Source of the DNA: Chiloscyllium plagiosum
Lineage: Eukaryota
Direction of reading: 5' to 3'
Assembly (NCBI RefSeq): GCF_004010195.1
Contig: NC_057718.1
Coordinates: 88,626,233 to 88,690,232, forward strand
Length of the DNA stretch: 64,000 nt
The position numbers and the translations under genes were made by a program. Below the pieces are notes generated by a model. It did no database searches and was not told the DNA's origin. It saw only the letters and a program-made list of their open reading frames with translations. Shown piece after piece: positions 1-12,000 of the stretch. The first letter of the stretch is position 1; the number at the start of each line of letters is the position of its first letter.

Positions 1-54
1 GACTTAACTGCTGCATCTTACAGACATGGACATATATCGGAACTTAAGTGGCAT

Positions 55-900
55 TAAAACCAGAAAAATTCTAGTAAACTCAGCAGGGTAGGTAGCCTCT
101 GTACAGAAAGAGAAACAGTGTTTCACGTTTGCGACTTGATCAGAACGGAGAAAGATTAGAGATGCAATTGATTCTGGAAAGAATTGGGTGTGACGAAGTT
201 GAAAGAAATCATATTTTAAGAAGCAAGATTTGAGGTGACAGAAAACTTAGCTTTCCAATGCCAAAGAGAATAGGAATGGGGGCAAGAAAAGGGAAATTCT
301 TAAAGCAGGTGAGCAGCTAACTGGAAGAAAAATGGTCAAAGCCAAGAAACAAAATAGGGACAGATCTTAAAGTATGAATTTGCTGAACTTAGTGTTGAGT
401 GAAAAAGACTTGTGAAGTTCACAACTGAAAGACTAGCTGCTGTTTATGACATTTATGTTGAACCTCACAGGTACAGTACAGTAGACTGGAAAAGAAACTT
501 AAGTGTGAAGGCAAGGTGGAAAATTAAAATGAAAGGCCACCAAATGCTAATGAACTGAACAAAGGTGTTCTGCAAAGCAGTCACCCAATCTGTGGAGAAA
601 GATTGTGATTAGCGACTACAACAGGGTGAGACTGAAAGAAGTTCATGTAAATTGGTGCTTCACTTGGGTGGAGTGTTGGGACCATGCATAGTGAGGAGAG
701 CAGAGGTAAAAGGTCACGTTACATATCCTGCTTTTGCATTGAATTGTGTTGTGAGGAGGTCACAGGGTCTTAGGCATGACTGAGGAATAGTCCAGGGTAT
801 ATATCATTGAGGGAAGATGCATTTGGAGGCAGACTCATGTTGAAGGTGATGGGAAATGATCCAGTGAACTCAAAGACTGGTGGGGTGAAAGTGGGGCAAG
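55..900 (-). mobile_element. Degenerate Penelope-like element (GIY-YIG region plus 3' tail)
   Basis: Reverse strand resembles the 18640-19410 element, including decayed GDxFAEHL-type coding and the shared tail (ctgctgagtt...ttttctg). Confidence 0.55.
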
Positions 901-1544
901 GGTATTAGTTCTATTGTGAGGGGAACACAGAAAAGATTAACATTTCACAGGATTTCATTCATACTGTTCTTGTGCACTTATCAGTGATTGACTCAAATAA
1001 CTCTACCTTGGTATTTTCTGTTCTCTGGTTAGGAATAGTTTTAGTTAGGGAATTAAACAAAAAAGGAGACATGTACGGGGTGGAGTTGCGGAGATTGAAG
1101 TTTATGTGCCTTTATCCACCTTGGTTTCAAATGCTTTAATTCACTTGGCTGATAAAAATCTGTTGTTCTCAGATTTAACTTAATAAATATGCTTGCTTAT
1201 GTTCCTTTTTGTGGAAGAGAATTCCAAACTTTTACTGCCATTTGAACGAAAAAGTGTTTCCTAATTTTTCTTCTGAACAGCCCGGTGCTGAATTTCAGGT
1301 CAAGATCTCTTGTTCTGGAATGCTTCATTAGCACAAAGGGTTTCTCAATATCTACTCAAACAATTCTTATCAATGAGCACTGAAGATACGGAGGACAATT
1401 GCAGCAAGATGGATGGGGGTTTAAGAAGAAAACAGCACCATGGGGCAAGCTGGCTGAAGACTTTGGCAGAACAGATCCAGTTTGAATGGCTTTTATTTGC
1501 AAATGGTGACTTGACATCAATGTGAGTCACATACCTTACTAACA

Positions 1545-1915
1545 CCAAAGTACATTTATATAGCACCTTTAATGTAGTAAAATGTCAGAAAGTGTCTCAC
1601 AGGTTCATTACCAGACAAAGTCTGCCAACCAAGCCACCTGAGGAGATATTACAGCATGCAACAAAAAGCTCGGTCAAAGAAGTTTTAAACAATATCTTAA
1701 AGGAGGAAAGCAAGGTGGAGTGGCTTGGGGAGGAAATTCTAGGACATGTGGCTTAGGGCAATGGATGGCATAGCAATTATAAATTTTGGATGCACAGCAT
1801 GAGAAAATGGAAAAAGCACAGAAATCTTGTGGAGTTGCACTGCTGGGAAAGATTACAGAGATAGAAAGAAGTGAGACCACGGAGAGATTTCAAAAATAAG
1901 GGTAAGGATTTTAGA
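1545..1915 (-). mobile_element. L2-type LINE 3' fragment
   Basis: tttatatagcacctttaatgtagtaaaa is the reverse complement of a typical L2 3' terminus. Confidence 0.5.
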
Positions 1916-1920
1916 AATGG

Positions 1921-2213
1921 GGCAGCACTGCTGCCTCACAGGACCAGGTTCGATTCCAGCCTCGGGCAACTGTCTGTGTGGAGTATGTACATTCTCCCCG
2001 TGTCTGCGTGGGTTTCCTCCGGGTGCTCCGGTTTCCTCCCACAGTTACAAAGATGTGCAGGTCAGGTGAATTGGCCATGCTAAATTGCCCATAGTGTTCG
2101 GTGCATTAGTCAGAGGGAAATGGGTCTGGGTGGGTTACTCTTCAGAGGGTCGGTGTGGACTGGTTGGGCCGAAGGGCCTGTTTCCACACTGTAGGGAATC
2201 TAATCTAATCTAA
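1921..2213 (+). mobile_element. V-SINE (HE1-like), 5'-truncated
   Basis: B-box ggttcgattcc, central V domain (attctccccgtgtctgcgtgggtttcctccgggtgctccggtttcctcccaca), CR1-type tail and (aatct)n end. Confidence 0.9.
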
Positions 2214-2568
2214 ATGAGCCATCTGATCAGACTGTGTAAATATATTTTAGTATGAGTTCGGATTAGGGCAGGAAAGCTTTGCAAAAGTTCAAGTTTGAGT
2301 CCAATCATCAGAGTACTGGACTAAAAGCAAAATACTGCTCAAAATCTGATATAACAACGAAGTACTGGATAAACTGTGGAAATAAAAAACAGAGGTAATG
2401 TTTCAAGTCTAGGATGACGTCTTCAGAACTGAAGAAGCTGAGAAATAATGATTTTTATGCTGTTGATTGAGGGAGAGGGGGAGCAAGTGGGACAGACTGT
2501 GAGGGTGCTCAGAGCAAAAGATAAAGGCAGCGATAATGGTGGTAAAGAATCAATACAGACGTAAAATA

Positions 2569-2771
2569 CAGTAATTCCTTTGTATCATGAGTTCGTGACT
2601 CATGAATTCGCCTTTCCGTGCTAAAAGGTAGCAACAAAATTCAATATCCATGGGCAAACTTCTGCATCCGCGATTTTTAAACTGTATATTTAACGGGCTC
2701 CACGCTCGCGAATTTCATCATTTTTGGGGGCTCTCAGAAACGGAACCCTTGCGTGTACAAAAGGATGCCTG
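2569..2771. mobile_element. Tigger/pogo-like MITE
   Basis: Imperfect terminal inverted repeats (TIRs) CAGTAATTCCTTTGTA ... TACAAAAGGATGCCTG; TA on the left flank; inserted into a PLE relic. Confidence 0.6.
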
Positions 2772-3637
2772 CAGGTATGAATGTAGGGAGAAAATGGGTC
2801 AGCTCTGCTGGGAGCAAAGTCAGCGAGACACAAACAAGACACAGGTGTGGGAGATACAGGTGTACGCAGAAAAATGGAATATAATGGTCATACTTTGAAG
2901 TTGTCGAACTCAACATTGTGATACAGAGGTTGTCAAGAGGCCAGGTGGAAAATGAGTTGTTGTTCCTTCAGGTTGTATTAAGGTCAACTCCACAGCAAAG
3001 TCACAACCTTGCCTTAGTTCATCTCTTTTGCTGTATCCCTGCTCAAGCTGAACATGATTACATTCGAAATCAGAGTCCAGCTTGACTTTAAACCACGCTC
3101 CAAATTTCAGCTACCATTGTCATTACATAACTCAAACTGAATGATTTATATGATGAAGTAACTTGCATCATTTGTGATTCGAAAAAGATCACCTGAAAGA
3201 AAATATACAATCAAGGCCATTTTATTACAATGCACAAAATAAAATTCAACAGTGGAGGCATACAATAAAGCATTTTATTTCTGACTGAAACAATTTAAGA
3301 TGGGAAATATATAGCATTCTAAAGTGTATCATGTGCAAGAAGAAAATGTGTAATATGCAATGAATCACAGCATAGTCCTAAATTTGCCAATTGATTTTCT
3401 AAGACATTTTTCTAAATATTCACAGTAACAAGCATCACTTATTTGGTCACTCTTCACCTTTATATTTTTTAAACAACACTTAAGTTCCCGTAAGTTAGCA
3501 CATTTTAGTTCTTCAATAGCACCAGCATTTTGATTAATTTCAAGTAAAATACAATACTTTGTCTTGAGCATGAGAGAACAAATGATAGTTCAGCAGCCAA
3601 TTTTCGAGAATTAAATAACCTCCTTTCTTCCCTTCTT

Positions 3638-3942
3638 TTAGATTAGATTCCCTAGAGTGTGGAAACAGGCCCTTTGGCCCAACCAGTTCACACCGACCCT
3701 CCGAAGAGTAACCCACCCAGATTCATTTCCCTCTGACTAATGTACCTAGCACCATGGACAATTTAGCGCGGCCAGTTCACTTAAACTGCACATCTTTGGA
3801 TTGAGAGGAAACCGGAGCACCCAGTGGAAACCCATGCAGACATGGGGAGAATGTGCAAACTCCACACAGTTGCCCAAGGCTGGAATCAAACCTGGGACCC
3901 TGATGCTGTGAGGCAGCAGTGCTAACCACTGAGCCACCGTGC
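3638..3942 (-). mobile_element. V-SINE (HE1-like)
   Basis: Reverse complement of the family seen at 62496..62817. Confidence 0.9.
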
Positions 3943-5454
3943 AGCATTGATGGAAAGCAGAATGAGTTAACCTCGGTAGTAAAGAATGCAGGTTTCAAGA
4001 AGTTAGAGTAGGGTACATCACCTGATATGATATTTTTTCAGAAGTTATTCTATACTCTCATATTCTGGCATCAAAATTAAAGCAGACAAACTAGAGGATT
4101 TCTATGCAAATTCTCCTGCATTCATTAGATTTGGGTATAAATAAACAAGTGAAATTGATGAAAAAAAGTGAGAAAGTCAGAAATTAGCTTCTGGAGTCTG
4201 GAAACTGTTTCTGCTTAAGATTTAGGTCAGTGGCTAACTTCAAATATATTGATAATTTAAGGAAGTTAGAAATATTCATCCTCATTTAAACAAGTCCCTC
4301 AGATCAAAGCAGACAAATGAGAACATGCTGGTCACAAGAATCAATGCCCTTTTCTCTATGCTGGCATGATAAGGGAAGATATGTAGGGTATGATGGAGAT
4401 TGTTGATCTAACATGATTGTTACAGCTTCACTGAAAGGCGAGGAGATAAATATGCATGTCCTTTGCCAATTTAACTGACAAGTATTTCATCCTGGTGAGT
4501 TTAACATTAACCCGGAATTTCGCTGGGCTGTAACTGAGCAGAGTAGGGGCAAGGGAAAGCAGGGAGGTATGCTGGCCATGAGTTATATGATCTTCTATTT
4601 AAATTAGATGTCAGTTGTAGCAACAGTGCAGTCTTTCAACTAAACAGCAAACCTTAGAGCCAAGGGGTTATAAGCTGATGAATGTGAAACCCAAGATGGC
4701 AGGTCCGTGTTCACGGTCAGTCTATTTTAACACTGACTGGTGTAAACCAAATTATGTTCAACTGGGTTTTCTGAAAAATTGTTAAAAATGACAATATAGC
4801 AGACATCAAAATCAGAACTTATTAATTTTTAGAACAATGTACTAAACCTAAAAAAATTCACAAACAAATCAAATGAAGTAAGTTATCCGATAACTTTATA
4901 AGCATATTACACCACATTCAAATGGTCAGAGCTACTGGCCTACAATACCTTCATTTTGATCCAACAGCAAACATTATTCCTTTTCCTTCATCTTTGATAG
5001 CAGCAGCTGTGCTTGTTAGCTCAGAATTGCTGATCTGCAAGAGTTGGCCTCCTCCAGTCAGTGTGGACAAATGTGACATTGGAATGGGCTGTGAATGCTA
5101 TAGTCAAACTAAATAAACCACCGAATTCTCAATACAACAAAGTGCAGCTGCTCAGCGACTTCTTAAATATCACACCACAATTGAGCTTTCTGCACCTATA
5201 ATGGAAGTGACTGGTGTAAATGACAACAGAGTGCTTTAGGAAATAAGGAGAGGAAAGTAAAGAATGGAGGTGATATTCAAGGGATAACTACCAACATGAT
5301 ACCTCAAGAAGTTAGTTTGCAAGATGAAAATAAGGCAGAAATGCCCAGTATACTCGCTTCTGATGTTATGCCTTTACCAGAAATAGCTAAACCCTTGGTA
5401 CTGGGAATATGTCATGGAAGGTTAAATAGAAGACTAGATAAACACAGTACTACA

Positions 5455-5673
5455 CAGGCAGTCCCTGGGTTGCGAACAGGTTCTGTTTGATTGTCTGTTC
5501 GCAAGTCGATTTGTCACAAGTCAGAACACAATATACAGGTCAATGTAAAGGAGCCATTTGTAAGAACAGAAAATATTTGTTTGTAAGATCTTTAAAATTA
5601 CACCCCTGTATGAGACTGCCTTTGTAAGAACTGGCTTTTGTAAACCGGATGTTCATAAACTGGGGAACCCCTG
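5455..5673. mobile_element. Tigger/pogo-like MITE
   Basis: TIRs CAGGCAGTCCCTGGGTTGCGAAC / GTTCATAAACTGGGGAACCCCTG. Confidence 0.65.
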
Positions 5674-5869
5674 CAATTGACTTGTTACACAAGGAAATGT
5701 GCAAAACACCAATAATCCCAACACACAGATCCTCTTGCAAATAAATTCTGAAAATAGCACAGAATCAATTGTTATGCTGTGTGTAGATAGTGAATTGTAG
5801 TCGTTTTCTTGATGGTTTTTGAAAAATACTTTCCACAGTAATGAAATAGTTAGTCTGTCTCTTAACTAT

Positions 5870-6494
5870 GGTAATGGCCACAAAAGTCCCCCTCTGTTCA
5901 TAGATCATACAGCTCCTTTAACAAGGTTATGTTGTTCTTTGTTTTTTATTCAGGAGGTTGTAAAAACACAGACTTTGAAAAGTCTACGTTGAAAGGTTTT
6001 AAACCAATTTGATTACAGCTAACAGATACTGCCTCAGACAAAAGGCTTTTAAGTTTAAAAAAACACTTGTACAATGAAAGCGGAGCTCAGCCTCTCTCTG
6101 GTTTGGGTTTGGTCTGGCTATTCACTGAAAGCAGTCAGGCCGTTGTAAAAACTCCAGGACCCAAAGGAACAGGTCCAAGCCGATCCTCCTCTCTCTCTCT
6201 GTGACATCTCTCCTATAAGATCCCATGTTTGATTTTACCTTTTGTGCTAAGAGTTGTCTATGGGGATTGTTGCAAGTTTTCGGATAGGTGGAGTTATCCA
6301 GTATTCTGATCTCTTTTGTTTGTGTTTCATTTGGTAATCTTGAAAATAAATTCTGTTTTGTTTGAAACTAATTGGTCCGACCAGCTGCATCACTCCCGAA
6401 TAGCCACATTACACCTGTTTGAAACAACTAGCAGAGATAGGGTCAGGGGTACTTTCTTGAAGTGTTTTAAGGGGGTCTGGCCTGCTCCATAACA
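5870..6494 (+). mobile_element. Probable solo LTR remnant (5' boundary uncertain)
   Basis: Ends in ...CCATAACA with AATAAA about 150 nt upstream. A TGTTATG at 5770 could be the 5' end, but no TSD was confirmed. Confidence 0.45.
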
Positions 6495-6514
6495 ATGTTG
6501 GTTAATAATCCCAA

Positions 6515-6680
6515 ATTATACTAGCTTCCCCCTGCCGGCTCCTCGCCCATTTCCCTCCAAACCTTTCCTATTCATGTACTTATCCAAATTTTTTTTTAAG
6601 CGTCGTAAATATACCCACAGCCACCACTTCCTCGGGAAGCTCATTCTACTCACAAACCACCCTCTGTATAAAACATTTGT
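6515..6680 (-). mobile_element. CR1 LINE 3' fragment
   Basis: Encodes [12 protein letters not shown], as do the other CR1 copies in the window. Confidence 0.8.
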
Positions 6681-7184
6681 CCCACGGTTCATCAGGAACT
6701 CACCAGATACACGCATGGCTATGTTATGTATTTATTTTCATGGCTATCTGCAATGAATTGTGTTGCAGGCCATAATAGAACATTTACTACTTTAATTCAA
6801 AGTCATGTTCTGTGCTTAGCAAAAAAACAAAAAGGAATTAACCAATAGTTCTAATGATAAATAGGCAGTAAATTCTAGTTTTTTTAATAAAAGCACTACT
6901 GTCTGATATGAGAAAGTAGTGACCCTCTAATGAAGGGTATTCCAGCCCCATAGCCAGTATTACTTGTGAATTTCAGATATTGACCTTCAACAAAACCCTT
7001 GTGAGCTATCAAAGTTGACAAGGGTGTCTGCAGACCCTTCTGCCGAGGAAGTAAAGTATTGCAGAATGTATTCAAGCAAATAACTTAGATGACATTAAAA
7101 CATGTGATAGTAGTTTTGGTAGGAAAAAATGATGCAGGGCATATTACATACTAATAAGGTTGCCCACTTTCCTGTAGTGCGCAT

Positions 7185-7410
7185 GGGGGAATCAGTTAGT
7201 TCAGTTGGCTGAATGGCTGGTTTGCAACGCAGAGTAACATCAACAGCACATGTTCAATTCCTGCACTGGCTGAGATTGCCAGAAGGACTCTCCTTCTCAA
7301 CCATGCCTGAGGCTTAGTGATCCTCAGGTTAAACAACCACCAGTCATTTCTCTTTAATGAGAGAGCAGCCCTATGGTCTGGTAAGACAATGGAGACTTTA
7401 TTTATTTTAT
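7185..7410 (+). mobile_element. tRNA-derived SINE, second family
   Basis: A-box-like tagttcagttgg, B-box gttcaattcc, ends in a (ttta)n tract. Confidence 0.6.
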
Positions 7411-8740
7411 TATACTTTGTCATGTCTCTTTTACTCAAGAGGAATTCTAAATAGATATGAAAAATTTAGTGTGTATTTTCATTTAAATTACTTCGTCATT
7501 TTATAAAAAGATATTCTCTCTGCTGTGATAAACAAGTCAAGTTGATTCAGAACTTGCCTAAGAATTTTATCATGTTAATCATGTTGTAATGAAATCTTCT
7601 AGTTATTTCCATTTTATTACTGTACAGGGAACACCAACAGTCTATAACTGGTAACATTTCATGGAACAGTCGGTTTACAAAGTTTCTAGGTGATAGCATT
7701 TAACTCTGCCCAACACAGGAGAGGCTTATGCAGGGTTTTCAATATGTCATTCAGGACAGTTCAGGGGTCATTGAAGAGTGGTTCAAAAGACAGACAGATA
7801 GCAAACTCCATGTTGTAAGTGCTGATTATTAGCTACCTTCTCTAGAGTACAACTAAACCACAGTTATGTAATTAAGTTGGATACTCCGTGCCGTTAAAAC
7901 TCAGACCAAGTCTATGAGTTATTAGGCAGCTAGGCGTTGCAGTCAGGGATTACAAAAAATCCTGGAAGTCATGATGGCTTACAAGAAGCCAGATGCCACT
8001 AACAATTAGCACAGCTGAGAGTCAGAATTGAAAAGCCCTTAAGAGGTATTTGCTTCACACCACAGAGCATGATTAGAGCTCAGGAAGAACCTATGGACTG
8101 ATCTTCCTTGGAAGCTGTTGGTGAAAGGTAACTCGTATCTCTTAGAGGGGGCAGTTTTCAGAGTCCAAGGAAGCATCTAGTCAGGAAAGGAGGCTGATTG
8201 ACCAGAGCAGCAGCAGTTATTCAGGCAGTCAGTGATGAAATGGCTGTGGAGGGAAGTTTCAAGACCAAATTGCTAAAAGAACATGTAAAGTTTAACGAGA
8301 TTTGATGACCAGTGTCATGAACATCTGGAGGGAGTTGCAGATAAATCTGTGTAGCTATCTTGGTTGTGAGGTGTTTGATCACAGTGTATTACCTGTGGTG
8401 ACCACATTTTACTTCTGGTTGTTAGAAATAAGCTGTTCATGTATTGTACATTGTATTACTGTTTTAACTGGTATGTTGTTTGCTTAATTATGTTCCACAT
8501 GTTTGCTAACCTTATCCTTTTCAAAGGTAGAAGCTGTGGGTTTGGGAAGTATTGTCGAAGGAAGCTTAGTGAATCCTTAGGTTTGAGAATTCTAAAATAA
8601 TAGCCTATATGTTGTTCCCCTCTACCCCAAAAGATGCACAAGAATATTTTACCCTGCTTCCACAGGTATCACAGTGTCCTTGCTGTATGACATACCAATC
8701 TTAAACATTTTCTGTCAAAAAACATTGCTACAAATTCAAA

Positions 8741-8746
8741 TTTATT
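8741..8746 (-). terminator. Candidate RMND1 polyadenylation signal AATAAA (3' UTR about 0.3 kb)
   Basis: First AATAAA seen on the minus strand after the stop codon, followed about 20 nt later by a U-rich tract (plus-strand A run at 8717-8722). Confidence 0.55.
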
Positions 8747-9033
8747 CAGTCTTAGCTAATGCATGATTGAACTAAACTAACAAATAAAATAGTTCTGCTT
8801 ATTTTCCATTATACATATCTATTTCAGAAATTACGTACCACACTAATTGAGGGGTAAAACGACTAATGGGTGCAATGTGATTTTCTGAATGAGTAGAATA
8901 GATTGGAAACTGAATTGAGAAAAATGCAGACATTCCAGTGCCACCCGATTGCCAGATCATTAAGGCCTTCTGGAGGATATTCTTTATGCCCCACCTGAAG
9001 AAAAGATTTTTGATTGCTGTCTTCCAAACTGAC

Positions 9034-9066
9034 TTAAAAAATAACACGTGCAAGTTCAAACAAGAC
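9034..9066 (-). CDS. RMND1: RMND1 last coding exon, 33 nt: [10 protein letters not shown]
   Basis: Acceptor tctttcttatgcag|GTC, then TAA at 9034-9036; resembles the recalled human C-terminus VMFELGRVFF. Confidence 0.92.
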   Translation of the reverse strand, partial: VLFELARVIF

Positions 9067-12000
9067 CTGCATAAGAAAGAAAAAGATAATTAATTAACTG
9101 TCTTGACCTTCACAAAATATCATATTCCATAAATCATGTGCTTGTGCAATTCTCACGAAAGTTGATGCACTTTAGCTTATTATTCAGGAAGATCATACTC
9201 CCCTTCCCAATGGAGGATTCAGATGATTTTTAAGTAATTCCAAGGTTTCTGCCATGATTAGTCTATCCAGAAGACTGTTCCATGTACCTTTCACCTTTTT
9301 TATGATAATTTTCATGATGTTACTGTTAAAACGTGTATTTTCAGCTTTTGCTGACTGTTTTTATCCTACAGTCAGTTTATTTTAGAATTATGTTTTCAAT
9401 TCACCTCTTTTTAAATATATTAAATAGCTCAATGTGCTCCATCTCTATTGCCTTCCTGCAAGGCTGAGACAAACTTATAGTTTCAACCTTTATGCACATT
9501 TCACACTTGCAGGACTTTCCAAAATGCTTTATAACCTATGCAGCACATCAGTCATGGTTGTAAAATTTTTCCAATCTTTCCTCACAACTTAGTGTTTTGA
9601 CACTAGGCACTCCCTCTTCCCTGTGTCTGTGACCAGAAAGGCCAGTGGCTCTACAGGTCAGAGGACAAAAAGTCAACAAAAATGAAACTAGAACAACTCT
9701 GGTCAGGCAACATTTGTGAAGAGAAGTAGAGTTAAAGCTCTCAAAATTTGCTAAGCAGAGTTAAGGTTTCAGAGCAATAAGCTCTTTGCTATACCCATTA
9801 CCACTCTTTTTGGCCATTACATCATGAAATATTTTGTTATCTAATCTTCCCTGGCCTCCAGTGTACACTGAGCTTCAATTTGTCCTATATACCATATCCC
9901 ACCCCTCCACTGGTTCAACTACTCTTGCTTTTTTATCTTCCTTCAATTCTGCTGAAAGGCCATTAACCTGAAACAGTAACTCTTTTTTACAGATGTTAGC
10001 TTTCCCTTGTAAAATAAAGCACTGCTGGATATGTTAAACAAGTAAAAACAGAAATGGCTGGAGAAATTCAGCAGTTCTGACAGCATCTGTGGAGAAAATA
10101 GTGCTAACTTTTCAAGTCCAGTGACCCTTCTTCAGAAGTTCTTCCGGGTTTTTTTGTTCTTATTTTAGATTTCAAGTATTTGCATCACTTCGCTGTGTGC
10201 TACAGAAAACAAAGTTTGGATGTTTAAAGGGATTATTTTTTATTTAGAAGCATACAAAACTGAGCAGTCCTACTCTCCCAGTGAGGAATCATTTAAGGGG
10301 ACCGAAGATCACAGAATGAGAACAACACAGTGTGTACCTTTACCTCCAAGCCACATACATGTGGGCATATTAACTCCCCAGTGGGGAAAGAGTGGTGAAT
10401 CAAAATTCAAAAAAATAACTGCACACTTGTCAAAATTGTGGTATAGGTATGATGGCCCAAATAGTCTATTTCTGTGCTTGGACTAAAAATCTCAAGTAAA
10501 TATTGAAAATTGGAAGCCAAAGCATGCTTAAAAGCTACAATTTGTTTGAAAATCTTGTCCTCATTCCTTGCTTTTAATTTCAGCAATGAAAGTGTAACTT
10601 TACCAGATGCATCGTCTAAGGAACATCAGAAAGTGCACATTCATTTTGAAAGGAAAGCAACTTAAGTTAATTGTTCTTGGGGGTAAATAAGATTTTCTAC
10701 TGTCTATGTCTTAACTGAAAGTACTCAAGTCTTTCACTTACCAATTGCTGCTAATTACAACTTTAAATGGTGGGATAATTTGCTTTGAAAATGACATTAT
10801 CCATTAAGCTGCTTTAAATTTAGCAGCTCCTGTATACTTCTGTCCACATGCTTCTCAATTCAATTAAACATAACTGAAATAATATAATACTACCATGGAA
10901 TACTATATAAAAGGAGATCGACATACCTTCTATATCAATGTTAATAAATGTAATTAACATTAGCATCTTGACCCTTGATTATTTTAATGTCAATGGAATG
11001 TTAGTCTTTAACGTAAATGATGTGAGTTCAGGAATAGTGAAGTCTTGCTTTAATTATACAGGAGCTTGGTTAGACTGGGTCTGGAGTACTCTGGATCTGC
11101 TTATTTCAGGAAAAATACTATTTCTATAGAGGGAGTGCAACAAAAACTTGTTATGGAATGCTGAGACTATCTTATGAAGCAGAATTGAACAAACTGTATT
11201 CTCTAGAATTTCAAATAATTAGAGATGATCTTATTGGAACTTATAAAATACTCAAAGGGGGTAGAAAGAATAGATGCAGGTAAGATGTTTCTCCTGGCTG
11301 GGGTGTCTAAAACCAAGGGGCCTAATATAAAAATAATGGGGCTGCCACTTAGGTCCGAGATGAGGAGAATTTTCTTTTGCTATTGGGTTTGTGAAACTTT
11401 GGCATTCTTGCCCACAGAAGATTGTGGAAGGTTAGTTTTTGAATGCATTTAAGATAGAGATTGATATATTTGTGATTACCAATGGTATGCAGGGGTATGA
11501 GAAAGGGGGGGGGGGGGGGAAAAGGCATTGAAGCATTTAATCAATCAGTCATGGTTGTATTAAATAATAGAGTAGGTTTAAGGAGCTGAGCGGCCTATTC
11601 CTATTCCCTTATTACTATGGGCCACAACTCAAGCAAGGCGTTATCATTCATTTAGTAGAAAAACAGTAATGCTTGGAATTTGAAAATAGCAGTACAATCC
11701 AAAATGATCTGGCCCATAAAATTCTACAAATTACCAGCAAAAGGTCATAAATTTGCTTGTCCTTGATTTTGGCTGATGGGTGATGATTGAATCTGTTTCA
11801 GAAATTCAAATAATCTGACTACATTGTCAGTAACTTCCAATAGTGAAGCCATGCTCGAAGGGCAATTTAAATACAAGTGTAACCTACAATTCACTTTCCT
11901 GTCAGCAATGCTCCCTGCTGGGATTGGGAATTACCCTTCATGTTACTTTTTAAATATAAACTGTTCTATTGCATGAAATTCATAATCATCATCTTCAGAG

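Noticed and set aside
7800..8520. Possible further LTR remnant (also 31100-31830)
   Set aside because: No termini or TSD could be fixed from the sequence.
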